From Syntrophales bacterium (GTDB lineage: Bacteria; Desulfobacterota; Syntrophia; Syntrophales; UBA2210): 64,000 nucleotides of DNA. The stretch spans positions 288,001 to 352,000 of the forward strand of contig CAXXKT010000002.1 in NCBI GenBank assembly GCA_963662405.2, in the 5' to 3' direction. The position numbers were made by a program, and so were the translations under genes. Shown piece by piece: positions 52,483 through 62,468 of the stretch. The notes under the pieces were generated by a model. That model did not search any database, was not told the DNA's origin, and saw only the letters and a program-made list of their open reading frames with translations. Position 1 is the stretch's first letter. Every line of letters begins with the position of its first letter.

Positions 52483-54453
52483 ATGAAGAAAATGTGGAAG
52501 GTATTGCATCGGGGGATCGGGTACGTCGGGTTTCTGATCGTCCTGGTATGGGGGCTTGCACTCTTTACCGGTTGCGGGAGCGGGAGCAGTGCCGGGAAAG
52601 CGCCGTCAACGGGTACGTTCACGGACAGCCCGGTCTCGGGGCTCGACTATCAAACCACCTACTGCTCGGGGACGACCGATGAGAGTGGGACGTTTAACTA
52701 TTACCACGGTGAAACGATCGCCTTTTCCGTGGGGGGCGTTTCTCTCGGCTCAGCAGCGGCCCAAGAAACGGTCACACCCTTTGATCTCGTTCCTGGAGCG
52801 GGGAACACGGCGAATGTGGCAGTGGTCAATATCTGCCGTTTCCTGCAGACGCTTGATGCCGACGGCAATCTTATCAATGGGATTCAGATCACCGCGGCGA
52901 TTATTGCGGTTATCGAGGACTACGTAGCGGCGAATCCCGGGCTTGCTCTTGATTTCAGTGATACGGCCGGTTTTGAGACTGAGATGACAGGACCTGGGGG
53001 GATCCTCGCGCAGTTGAACGCGGCGAATGTCTTTACGGAGAACAGCGCCGGCGTCGATCGTGTAATCCGAAGTTCTTATCAAGCCTGGCTGCACTTCGAG
53101 GATTCAAGGAACTGGTACACTGACGGATCGATCGATTATTCCTTCAGACCCGTTGTGTTCGTTCACGGAGGTTCCGGCTCGGCATCCCAGTTTGAGTCCC
53201 AGGCTCAGCGGTTCATAGCCAACGGCTATCCCCGAGCCTATCTTGCCGCCTACGACCACGATACCGGGGGAGCGGGTCCGGAAGAGAATGCGCCCATAAC
53301 CAATGCTGCTCTGAATGAGATCATCGACGGTCTCCTGAAGATGTCAGGCGCCGATAAGGTTGACCTTATCGCGCATTCTCGGGGCGCCGGGGTATCTTTT
53401 TATTACCTGGAAGACTCACCCGAGAATGCCGCAAAGGTTGCTCACTATGTGGCCGTGGACAGTCAAACAGGATTGGATTTGACCACAGGGATGACTCGTA
53501 CACCGGGCAATGTCGATATGCTTGCCCTATGGGGAGAAGGAGACCCCACGCGTGAGGTGGCTGCGGCTACGAACGTCTATATCCCTACCCAGGCGCACAT
53601 CGAGATGTGTACAGCTGCCGCATCCTTCGACGAAATGTATCGATTTTTCAACGGCGAAGATCCCGCAACTAATCAAATCGTGCCCGAGACGGGGGATCAG
53701 GTATGGATTGCCGGGGAAGTCAATTATTTTCCCGAAAACGTTGGAGCAGTCGGAACTCTGGAGATATACGAGGTTGACAGTGAAACCGGTTTCCGGGTCG
53801 CCGATGAACCAGTGAGTACATGGACCATCGGCGAGGACGGGGCATGGGGACCGGTACGGGTGAACAAAACCGCTACGTACGAGTTCGCCTTCGCGCATGC
53901 TGCGGGAGGGAACCACTACTTCTATCGTGAGGCATTTTCCGCAAGTAACTATTTTATTCGTCTCAATACATCTCCTCCCGGGGGGGGCATCGGTCTCTTG
54001 TTGACTCAAAGCCCAAACCACACCAATATCCTGGTCTCACGGGACAGGGAGATGTGGGGTGATCAGGGGGGCAACAGCGACATTCTGATGGTAGACGGAA
54101 ACAGCGTGGCCACCCCAGAAGCGGCTCCGCGAGCGAAACGGTTGTCCGCCCTGTTTCTATTGGATTGGGGGTATGGCGGTCACGCACACCTAGGCAATCC
54201 TTACCCAGCGGTATTTTACGGTACCCATGTGCTTGGTCAGAGTGATCTGTCAGCCCCCATTCCGATCTTTCACAGCCTAGGATTCATGTCCGGCCTTGAC
54301 CTCTATATGCCAGGGGCCACTCCTCCGAACCGGACGATACCAGTTGTGCTTACGCCCCGGGGCGGTGGTGGCGCAACGCAAACAATTAATATTCCTAACT
54401 GGGCTTCAAGTAATGTCAGAATAACGGCTGTTTTCAGAGATTTCGTTCCATAA
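52483..54453 (+). CDS. Lipoprotein alpha/beta-hydrolase (lipase-like) with extra N- and C-terminal domains
   Basis: LFTGC lipobox, RPVVFVHG, AHSRG nucleophile; recalls the Archaeoglobus-type lipase architecture. Confidence 0.8.
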   Translation: MKKMWKVLHRGIGYVGFLIVLVWGLALFTGCGSGSSAGKAPSTGTFTDSPVSGLDYQTTYCSGTTDESGTFNYYHGETIAFSVGGVSLGSAAAQETVTPFDLVPGAGNTANVAVVNICRFLQTLDADGNLINGIQITAAIIAVIEDYVAANPGLALDFSDTAGFETEMTGPGGILAQLNAANVFTENSAGVDRVIRSSYQAWLHFEDSRNWYTDGSIDYSFRPVVFVHGGSGSASQFESQAQRFIANGYPRAYLAAYDHDTGGAGPEENAPITNAALNEIIDGLLKMSGADKVDLIAHSRGAGVSFYYLEDSPENAAKVAHYVAVDSQTGLDLTTGMTRTPGNVDMLALWGEGDPTREVAAATNVYIPTQAHIEMCTAAASFDEMYRFFNGEDPATNQIVPETGDQVWIAGEVNYFPENVGAVGTLEIYEVDSETGFRVADEPVSTWTIGEDGAWGPVRVNKTATYEFAFAHAAGGNHYFYREAFSASNYFIRLNTSPPGGGIGLLLTQSPNHTNILVSRDREMWGDQGGNSDILMVDGNSVATPEAAPRAKRLSALFLLDWGYGGHAHLGNPYPAVFYGTHVLGQSDLSAPIPIFHSLGFMSGLDLYMPGATPPNRTIPVVLTPRGGGGATQTINIPNWASSNVRITAVFRDFVP

Positions 54454-54488
54454 AGAGATGTGAAACACACCAGTTTAATCTCCTCGCC

Positions 54489-54520
54489 AAAGGGGTTGCT
54501 CGAAAGGGCAGCCCCTTTTT
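54489..54520 (+). terminator. Intrinsic terminator
   Basis: AAAGGGGTTGCTC-GAAA-GGGCAGCCCCTTTTT. Confidence 0.85.
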
Positions 54521-54940
54521 AATAACAAATAATCACAGGACATGAAAACAGGGAAAATATTTCGGGCAACAAGACAAACAAGACACCTCATTACCGATTG
54601 TATACCATGCCACGCCACTACCTTCTCTTTGACTGAACAACGGCACGCACCAGCAGGGAGACCGTCGCATCGATCTCCTCGATGAGACTCTGCTGCGCAC
54701 AGTCTTTCAGATACAGCATATGGATCGTGGAGACGCTAGAAGGCACCAAGGAGAAGATTCCTTATAACATGGGGCTCTATGCAGGTCAAAAGATCCAGTT
54801 TTTACCCTCTGCAAAGGTCAGATCAATTTCCTGCAGAGATTTTCGAAAATTCTCATAGGCGGCAGTTTCATAAAACTGGATATTATTGCTTGCGTGATTC
54901 AATACTTCTAATTTAGGGTATTGTGTGTCATGTTCTTTGT

Positions 54941-55181
54941 ATGGAAAAGACAGATGCACGTAAAATCAGTAAAAAACATACAGTATACCCTGCGCAAGCA
55001 GAGAGTTCGGCTTCGTAAGCAAGAGAAGTCTAATCAAGAAATTGTCCGGATTGTTGGTGCCACAGAGCGCTATGCCATCAAGATTTGGCAGCAGTATGTA
55101 CGGGAAAGTAGCGAGTCTCTCAAGTTTGGACAAGGAGGTCACCGTAACAGTGTTTATCGCAAGCTGGTGAAGGGCTTTTAG
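54941..55181 (+). pseudogene. IS630-like transposase N-terminal remnant
   Basis: MEKTDARKI... then frameshifted QYTLRKQ.VRLR HTH. Confidence 0.5.
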
Positions 55182-55277
55182 CTAACTCTAAAAAGGCGCT
55201 TTGTCAAGAGATAGTGCAATGAGACTTTCAAATGGTAATGAGTTATTTTCCCATGAGATTGTTTTAAGGAGTAGTAG
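55181..55277 (-). repeat. Non-coding module copy M6 (upstream block, cut by IS110)
   Basis: TAACTCTA 55183, TGTCAAG 55202, GAGACTTTCAAATGGTAATGA, GTAG. Confidence 0.8.
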
Positions 55278-55289
55278 ATACCGTTCTTG

Positions 55290-56258
55290 TCAAGCGAAAG
55301 CTGGTTTATAATTTGGGTCATACTTTTTGCCGGATTTCAGGATTCCAAAGATAATGTGCACCAGCTTCCTCATTATCGCACAGACAATCACTTTCCCGTT
55401 TTTTCCTTTCTCTTTAAGGCGATTATAAAAAGCAATCATAACGGGATTACATTGGATCGATACCAGTGCCGGCATATACAGAGCTTTTCTGAGCCGCGCA
55501 TGTCCGATTTTGCATAACCTGGGTTTGCCTTTAATAGATGATCCTGAAAGTGTTTCCCGTGGCGCAAGCCCGATGAACGCCACCAGTTCCCGCACATGAC
55601 TGAATTTGTCCAGATCATCCAATTCTGCCAGGATGTGAGGAATGGTTGCCGTGCCGATACCTGGAATGGAAGCCAAGAGCCCTTTCTTGTTTTTCAGGTT
55701 CGGATCCCGATCAATTAGATCAGCAATCTGTTCCCTGATTTTCTCTATTTCCTTATCAAGATAGTTAATGTGTTCTCTGATCAATGGAATAACTGATTCA
55801 TGAGCTGCACTTATTCGATTCTTCTCCTGACTTCGCATGTTGATCAGACTGTCAACTCGCCTGACCAACGCCCTCAGGGCTCTGATCTCCGGTGAGGGTG
55901 GACTCCAGGGATCTGGTCTCATAGCCAGACAGAATCTGGCAATCAAGGCTGCATCAACCTTATCCGTCTTGGTGCGAATCAACTCGCTCTGGCCAAACCC
56001 TTTGATGCGAGCGGGATTGACAACACTGACCACATGGCCGGTTTCATGGAGATAGATCGCCAATTCCTCTCCATAGTTGCCGGTCGCCTCAAGGCAGGCA
56101 TGTACCTTATGAACTCCCTGTCTCTCCAGCCAGATCGTCAGTGTCTCAAAACCTTCCACCGTATTTTTGCAGGTTTTGTGTTTTGTCTTCCCCTCTACAA
56201 GAAGTGCAACGTCGAATTTCTGTTTTGCGATATCTATCCCAAGAACCGATACTGACAT
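55290..56258 (-). CDS. IS110 family recombinase
   Basis: GIDIAK, LEATG, KTDKVDA (DEDD), SIPGIG, SGSS. Confidence 0.95.
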   Translation of the reverse strand: MSVSVLGIDIAKQKFDVALLVEGKTKHKTCKNTVEGFETLTIWLERQGVHKVHACLEATGNYGEELAIYLHETGHVVSVVNPARIKGFGQSELIRTKTDKVDAALIARFCLAMRPDPWSPPSPEIRALRALVRRVDSLINMRSQEKNRISAAHESVIPLIREHINYLDKEIEKIREQIADLIDRDPNLKNKKGLLASIPGIGTATIPHILAELDDLDKFSHVRELVAFIGLAPRETLSGSSIKGKPRLCKIGHARLRKALYMPALVSIQCNPVMIAFYNRLKEKGKNGKVIVCAIMRKLVHIIFGILKSGKKYDPNYKPAFA

Positions 56259-56309
56259 ACTACAATACTCCCTCGTACATTAATCTAATCTCCAGTAAAA
56301 TAGCTTCGT

Positions 56310-56460
56310 TCGAATCAACCTTGTAAGTGCAAACTCATTCCCATCTGAGAAGGTTTATGATACCGTACGAGTTATTGAACAAAGCTGTGGGAAGAGGATC
56401 TACTCTACAAATCATGCTCTCTGGCATCAGGTGAAACACAGATTCACTCTCCCCATTTTA
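56310..56460 (-). ncRNA. Putative IS110 bridge RNA
   Basis: ACGGUAUCA and UUACAAG in a stem-loop correspond to the element's end sequences (ACGGTATCT|TG); position upstream of the recombinase. Confidence 0.65.
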
Positions 56461-56625
56461 CCCCAGTGTCTCAAGATCTCTTATATCTCCTAATCCCCTT
56501 CTAGAACACAAGGTGAAGACAATTTTCATTCCTGTGCCTTGACCTCATCCCTTGATTAGGTACGTATAAATCACCGGCACGGATGAGTGCCCCGGTGCAG
56601 GACTTGTAATCGACAGCCTGTATAG

Positions 56626-56838
56626 ATGGAATCGTTTTTCCATACCTTAAAGACGGAGCTTGTTTATTTTGAGAAGTATCAGACAAGACAGGGGGCTCGC
56701 GGAAGCATATTTGAATATATTGAAGTTTTCTATAATTGAGTTAGAAGACATTCGTCATTGAATTATTGCTCTCCCGCTGAAATTACAAGAAAAGCGTGTG
56801 TAACTTCGTGGGGTGCCCACTTTTCCGGGGCAAGATCA
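56626..56838 (+). mobile_element. Inverted remnant of the same IS3 (orfB 3' end + IR)
   Basis: Diverged reverse complement of about 47852-48064. Confidence 0.88.
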
Positions 56839-57136
56839 AATGGGAATATATGCCGTGTTGACTATCGCGAACAATCCTTCCCGATCATTAATGGCAATCT
56901 AAGCACTCGGAAATCCATCATACTTTTTACCTTACCTTGAAACAGAATCTATCTGCATTTATCATGTGCCATCATTTACCAGAAACTACTTGACCTGTAA
57001 CGCTCTTCTTTGTAAATCAAAAGTTAATCAATCATTCAATTCGGGCGCTTGCTGAATATAGAAGTGGTGGATGGTGAAGTTCTTTTAGTTATTGGGCTGT
57101 TTGTCTCGAACAACTCAGGTGTATAGGAGGTACTCA

Positions 57137-59641
57137 ATGAAAGCTAAACCTCGATCATCGAAAAGTAAAAGCAAAGATATCAGTCCCGAGAAGAAGACAT
57201 TCCCTTATATTCCCGAAGCAATCATATCCCATGTAGGGGTTGGGATATATATCGTACAAAACGGTACTTTCGTCTACATAAGTCCGTTTCATCAAAAACT
57301 CACGGGCTATTCTGAGGCCGAGCTTATTGGCCACAATTCCCTTGCACATGTCTATCCCGACGACAAGGCAATCGTCAGAGAAAAAGCGATTCGAGCCCTG
57401 AAGAGGGAAGGTACAGAACCATATGAGTATCGGTTCATCAGGAAAAACGGAGAGGTTATGTGGACCTTGGAAATGGTCACCTCCATAATGTACGAGGGCA
57501 AACGGTCGACACTCGGAAGTTTTATGGATATTACCGACCGGAAAGCCATGGAAGAGCAGACCCGCCAATCGGAAGAGAAGTATCGTAGTATTATAGAGCA
57601 GATGGAGGAAGGATACTATGAAACTGATTTCTCAGGTCGTTTCCTCTTTGTGAATAACGCACAGTGCAAGATTCTCGGATACTCCCGTGAAGAGTTACTC
57701 ACTATGGATGGCATCCTGTACCTTGATGAAGGGACAAACGAAGAGCTAGCCCGTATCGCCGAGGAGATTTTCAGGACAAACGTATCTGTCCGGGCGTACG
57801 ATGTACACGCAATAAAAAAAGACGGATCAAAAGCGATTCATGAAATATCCCTTTCCCCCATACGGGACGCGGAAGGGAATCCGACGGGGTTACGCGGCAT
57901 TTCCCGGGACGTTACGAACCAGAAAGCCATGGAGGAGAAAATCAGAGAATCGGAGGAGCGATATCGAACCATCATTGAAGAGATGGAGGAATGGTATTTT
58001 GAGACCGACCTGACCGGCAACCTGCTATTCTGCAACAATCTCCTTGCCAAGAATTTGGGACGTCCCCCGGAAGAACTAGCCGGGGAAAATTTCCAAACCT
58101 TTGTCAAAGCAGAAGACGTAGGAAATGTATACCAGACATTTCACGAAGTCTACAAGACGGGGGAGCCAATTAGAGATTTCCCGTATGAGATTCTTCAACC
58201 AGATGGCAGTAGCGCGTTCACCGAGTTTTCCATTTTCCCCAAATGGGACCATGAGGGAAAGATGGTGGGGTTTCGTGGGGTCGGCCATGACATCACAGAG
58301 CGGAAACGCACGGAAGAGAAAATTCAGTACCTCGCCACCCACGATACCCTGACGGGGTTACCCAACCGATTGATGTTCAATCAGCTGTTGAGCCACGCAA
58401 TCGAGGCGGCACGTCGGCATAAACGGCAACTCGCTGTCCTGTTCTTCGATCTGGACCGCTTCAAGATCATCAACGACACGCTGGGGCATGAAGCGGGTGA
58501 CCTTCTGCTACAGGAAGTGGCTGCTCGTTTGAGAAAGAAGTTACGGGCGGTTGACGTCATTGCCCGTCTCGGAGGCGACGAGTTTGTCATACTCATCGAA
58601 GAAATTCATAATATTGAGCAAGCAAAGGCCGTAGCCAAGACCGTACTCTCTACCGTCATAAAACCGATTACCGTTATGTCGCAGGAATGCAGGGTCACCG
58701 CGAGTGTCGGTATCAGTTTTTACCCCAAGGACGGCGAGGATGAACAGACATTGATGAAAAACGCCGATATCGCCATGTACTTTGCCAAGGAAGAAGGCAG
58801 GAATAATTATCAGATGTACTCCAAAAACATAAAAAACCTGTCCATCGAGCGGCTTTCAATTGAACAAAACCTTCGCCAAGCGCTCAAGCGAAACGAATTG
58901 TCACTGCATTACCAAGCCAAGCTGGATTTTAAGACCTCAGCCATCACCGGGGTCGAAGCTTTGCTCCGCTGGGATAATCCGACCCTTGGTCCTGTGCCCC
59001 CTCTGCAATTTATCCCGGTGGCGGAAGAGACCGGCTTGATCGTGCCGATCGGGCGATGGGTTTTGAAAACAGCCTGTGCCCAGAATGTCGCCTGGCAGCG
59101 CCAAGGGCTTCCTCCTGTTTGCATAGCAGTGAACCTGTCATTGCGTCAACTCACCAACGAAGGTCTGTTGAGGGACATACAAGCAGCGTTAGATGATTCA
59201 GGGATGGCGCCACACCTTTTAGAGCTTGAAATTACCGAAAGTATGGTGATGCGTAATCCTGAGAATATTCTCAAGATCCTTTCCAGGATCAAAGCTATGG
59301 GGATACGACTCGCCATTGATGATTTCGGGACAGGCTATTCTTCACTCTCTCAACTCAAGAACTTTCCCGTCGACACGCTGAAAATTGATCGCTCATTCGT
59401 TAGAAACATCCCGGACAACTCAGATGACAAGGCCATAACCGAGGCGATCATCGCCATGGGGAAAACTCTCAGTCTGACAGTTGTCGCGGAAGGAGTAGAG
59501 ACAAAGGATCAGATGGAATTTCTCCAAGAGCATGCCTGTGATGAGATACAGGGCTTCTATTTCAGCAAGCCCATTTTGCCTGACCAGTTCGCCGACCTTC
59601 TAAGTTCACATGCTGCCAAGAAAGAATCTGCGGGAAAGTAA
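57137..59641 (+). CDS. PAS x3-GGDEF-EAL protein
   Basis: Three PAS/PAC, GGDEF, EALLRW, DDFGTGYSS; SD AGGAGG. Confidence 0.95.
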   Translation: MKAKPRSSKSKSKDISPEKKTFPYIPEAIISHVGVGIYIVQNGTFVYISPFHQKLTGYSEAELIGHNSLAHVYPDDKAIVREKAIRALKREGTEPYEYRFIRKNGEVMWTLEMVTSIMYEGKRSTLGSFMDITDRKAMEEQTRQSEEKYRSIIEQMEEGYYETDFSGRFLFVNNAQCKILGYSREELLTMDGILYLDEGTNEELARIAEEIFRTNVSVRAYDVHAIKKDGSKAIHEISLSPIRDAEGNPTGLRGISRDVTNQKAMEEKIRESEERYRTIIEEMEEWYFETDLTGNLLFCNNLLAKNLGRPPEELAGENFQTFVKAEDVGNVYQTFHEVYKTGEPIRDFPYEILQPDGSSAFTEFSIFPKWDHEGKMVGFRGVGHDITERKRTEEKIQYLATHDTLTGLPNRLMFNQLLSHAIEAARRHKRQLAVLFFDLDRFKIINDTLGHEAGDLLLQEVAARLRKKLRAVDVIARLGGDEFVILIEEIHNIEQAKAVAKTVLSTVIKPITVMSQECRVTASVGISFYPKDGEDEQTLMKNADIAMYFAKEEGRNNYQMYSKNIKNLSIERLSIEQNLRQALKRNELSLHYQAKLDFKTSAITGVEALLRWDNPTLGPVPPLQFIPVAEETGLIVPIGRWVLKTACAQNVAWQRQGLPPVCIAVNLSLRQLTNEGLLRDIQAALDDSGMAPHLLELEITESMVMRNPENILKILSRIKAMGIRLAIDDFGTGYSSLSQLKNFPVDTLKIDRSFVRNIPDNSDDKAITEAIIAMGKTLSLTVVAEGVETKDQMEFLQEHACDEIQGFYFSKPILPDQFADLLSSHAAKKESAGK

Positions 59642-59645
59642 AGAC

Positions 59646-60170
59646 TCAAGAAGAGCTGGTCGGTGGAAAGGATAAAAACAAATGCATATGTTCTATAGAT
59701 ATTTCCATCTCGGTTACGTCAAATTCATAATCCTCGCTGATCTCTCGGATGAGCTGTCCCGCTCGTTCCCGAATATCCGCCCGCTCAAAAACCTTTTTAC
59801 GGTATTTCCGACACCACACAAGATGATAACCGGCCACCGCCAGTGTGTTGGCAAAGGTCGGAGCGCTCCCCAGGTATTTTTCGGACAGGACCGCGAGGTG
59901 CTGTTCCAGGGCGGACTCCGCCTTCTGCCAGTCGTTGAGGCGGGCGGAGGTGGATTCCGACTGGTAGTCCCGGATGCATTTTACGACGGCGTTGTGCAGG
60001 ACCTTGAGTGAGATCTGGTCCTGTTCGCCGGCAACCTCCAGCAGTCTCTTTACCTTTTCCTGATCCATCATTCCGTCCGGGATCGCCTGGCAGATCATCC
60101 GGGCGCGCTGTGCGTTGCCCGCGCGGCTCCAGTCGTCAGCGACGATCCGATTCTCTTTTCCCTTTACCAT
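59646..60170 (-). pseudogene. Chimera of a phage-like protein N-terminus and an IS200 tnpA fragment
   Basis: Switch at about 59829 to YHLVWCRKYRKKVF...EHMH. Confidence 0.65.
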
Positions 60171-60510
60171 TTACATGAGGCCCCTTTCGTGGTATCGGCA
60201 CTCACGTGGATGGTAGCGCTTCGGCGCCCTGTGCGTGGCCACACAGGTTTACGGGAGTTGCAGCTCCCGGAATACCGTCCACCCTGCTTTTTTCCGTCAA
60301 TACAAACCGTCAATATCTCTCCCGGATCTCACCTCCGCCTGATCAGTCTTCCCTTTTGCTGTTTACATGATGCCTTTTTCGTGGTACCGGCACTCACGTG
60401 GACGGTAGCCCCCTTGGCATCCTGTGCGCTCTCTCTCACAGGTTTTCAGAACACCCCTTTTTCCTGAATACCGTCCACTCCCCTCTCATACCGTCAACGA
60501 AAACCGTCGG
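60170..60510 (+). repeat. Tandem repeat of about 192 bp, each unit containing a four-way-junction fold
   Basis: Units start at 60170 and 60362; cores 60206-60282 and 60398-60478. Confidence 0.85.
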
Positions 60511-61013
60511 TTCATACGGTCTTCCAGACCTCTTACCAGCTCTGCCTTTTCCCCGGTGAACCGTTCCCACCGCTTCACGATCACGTCGCAGTAGACGGGG
60601 GTCTTCTCCATCGTGTTGCAGACCCGTCCCATCTGCTCGCATGCCATCAGGGTCGTTCCGGATCCTCCGAACCCGTCCAGGACGAGTATGTCAGGGCTGT
60701 TCGGCGTGCTGTTCCGGATCATCCTGCCCACCAGGGGGATGGGTTTCTGCGTGGGATGGAGGGGGTTCCGGGACTGGCGGTCCTCTCGCAGAACGGTGGC
60801 GGCCTCGCATCGCCGCATCTCCTTCACCAGTTCCACGAGCTCCGCGCGTTTCATCCGGGAGATGTCCGCCTCCTCGTCGATCACGGTCGTCAGTGAGTAG
60901 TCCATGCAGAAGTAATGGGCCCGCCCAGGCTTCCATCCGTACAGGATGGGCTCGTGCTTCCAGTTGTAGTCCGTCGCGGTCAGATCGCTCAGTTTCATGG
61001 TGGTGAATCTCAT
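60486..61013 (-). pseudogene. Phage ParB-DNA methyltransferase with internal deletion
   Basis: MKLSDL...YN joined directly to WKHEPILYGW; HPTQKP and VLDGFGGSGTT present, DPPY region absent. Confidence 0.75.
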
Positions 61014-61051
61014 GGCGCTTTTCTGTTTCTCCTTCATCTCATGGCGCCTCC

Positions 61052-61489
61052 CTATTCCCCATCTTTGGGTATCGCCCTCATCTTGTCCAGGGCGCGGAAC
61101 TTGATATCCCACAGTCTCACCGTCTCGGGACTGATCTTCAAAATACCGGCAATCTCCCGGGGTGAAATCCCGAAATGCAAAAAGACGGCAAGAAGGAGGA
61201 CCTCGCCGTAGGTCATGTGACACCCGGCCAGGAAGGAACCCGTGAGGGCCGTGAAGAACTTCCCGCACCGCCGGCAGCAGACCCGCTTTCCCTCCCAGAA
61301 TCTCTGCAACGCCTTTCCCTCCATCTCACCCCGGCACTCCGGGCAACGGACGGGTCCTCTCCCGTGGATCGTCCCGAGGATCCATGCCCTGCAGGCGTCC
61401 TCATCCAAAAACCCCGCACGGAAGGATGCAGCAACGTCATGAGGTACAAACACGTTGCGTCCGATGTTGTCTTCTTTTCTTGCCTTCAT
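61052..61489 (-). CDS. Zinc-ribbon + HTH protein (IS1595 N-terminus-like, no DDE)
   Basis: DEDAC..., CPEC, CRRC, FTALTG, HTH. Confidence 0.65.
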   Translation of the reverse strand: MKARKEDNIGRNVFVPHDVAASFRAGFLDEDACRAWILGTIHGRGPVRCPECRGEMEGKALQRFWEGKRVCCRRCGKFFTALTGSFLAGCHMTYGEVLLLAVFLHFGISPREIAGILKISPETVRLWDIKFRALDKMRAIPKDGE

Positions 61490-61575
61490 TTTGATGAGTT
61501 CCGTTTTTCCATGCGGTTTTTATTCGACAAGGAGCGAAAAGCCGGGCTGCTCCGTCTCCGTATCCGAAAAATCCC

Positions 61576-61983
61576 TCAGGAAGGACCCGCACGAGCTTCC
61601 ACTGTTTTGATGAACGGAAGAACATCGCCGCGGGAGATGAGTTCGTTCAGATCGTAACAAGCTTCCTCCAGGAGGTCGCACAGATTCTGCGCCACGGTCC
61701 ACCGCGTGGTGCCGACGTCGTCCCCGGTCAGGGCCGGTTCGAAGTGGAGGCGGAATCCGTCCTTCTCCTGGTAGATGGAGAATCCTACCTCCCGGTTCAT
61801 CTTCAGGTACTCAGCCAGTCTCATCACCGCCGGCCGGTGCATCCAGGGTGATGGATATGGGTTTGTTCTGTTCGTCGGGTTTGTCTTGTTTGTTTTGTTT
61901 GTCCGGGATCCCCTCGTCATGTCTGTCTGTGATCCTTCTTTTTCCTTCTGTGACTGGTACTTTTTGAAGTCGATTGTGGGCAT
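61576..61983 (-). CDS. Phage hypothetical protein
   Basis: SD GGAG before MPTIDFKK; the longer ORF-track N-terminus overlaps the iterons. Confidence 0.55.
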   Translation of the reverse strand: MPTIDFKKYQSQKEKEGSQTDMTRGSRTNKTNKTNPTNRTNPYPSPWMHRPAVMRLAEYLKMNREVGFSIYQEKDGFRLHFEPALTGDDVGTTRWTVAQNLCDLLEEACYDLNELISRGDVLPFIKTVEARAGPS

Positions 61984-62049
61984 AATTTTCTCCAGAAACC
62001 GGAAAATCCGGGCTGCAGTCGTTAAAACGCTTTGATATTGCTTTATTAT

Positions 62050-62365
62050 TCGGGTGGTCCAAGCTGGAATTGGTGAAACGAGTTGATATTGTTTGATTAT
62101 TCGGAAGTGGTCCAAAAGTGGTCCCAAAATGGTCCAACTTAACCTTTTGATTTTATTGCATGGTCCAAGTGGTCCAAGTACTTTTCTATAAAATAGATTT
62201 ATAAAATTGTAAGAAGTGTTCTCAACGCGCGCGCGCGCGTGCGCGCGCATGTGCAATATGTCAAAAAAGCTTGGACCACTTGGACCACTTGGACCGGGCC
62301 TCGAAATCATTACGGTTTTTTTGGGGGTCAGGTTGGACCAGCTTGGACCACCTGGACCACCTTGG
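62050..62365. repeat. Iteron array, candidate replication origin
   Basis: About 12 TGGTCC/GGACC(A) units, converging, around an AT-rich and an alternating GC tract, downstream of the primase. Confidence 0.75.
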
Positions 62366-62468
62366 AGCATTTTCGCCGGTATTTTGACATACGGCCGCGT
62401 AAAATACTCAGGGGAGGAGGGGGAAAGGGCCGTTTTATCAAAAAAATGTCTCGATCTGTTACGTTTTC

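Larger units (their letters stand above)
55276..56475 (-). mobile_element. Complete IS110-group (IS621-like) element
   Basis: CT cores at both ends, right end TTGACA...ACGGTATCT, long non-coding left end. Confidence 0.8.
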
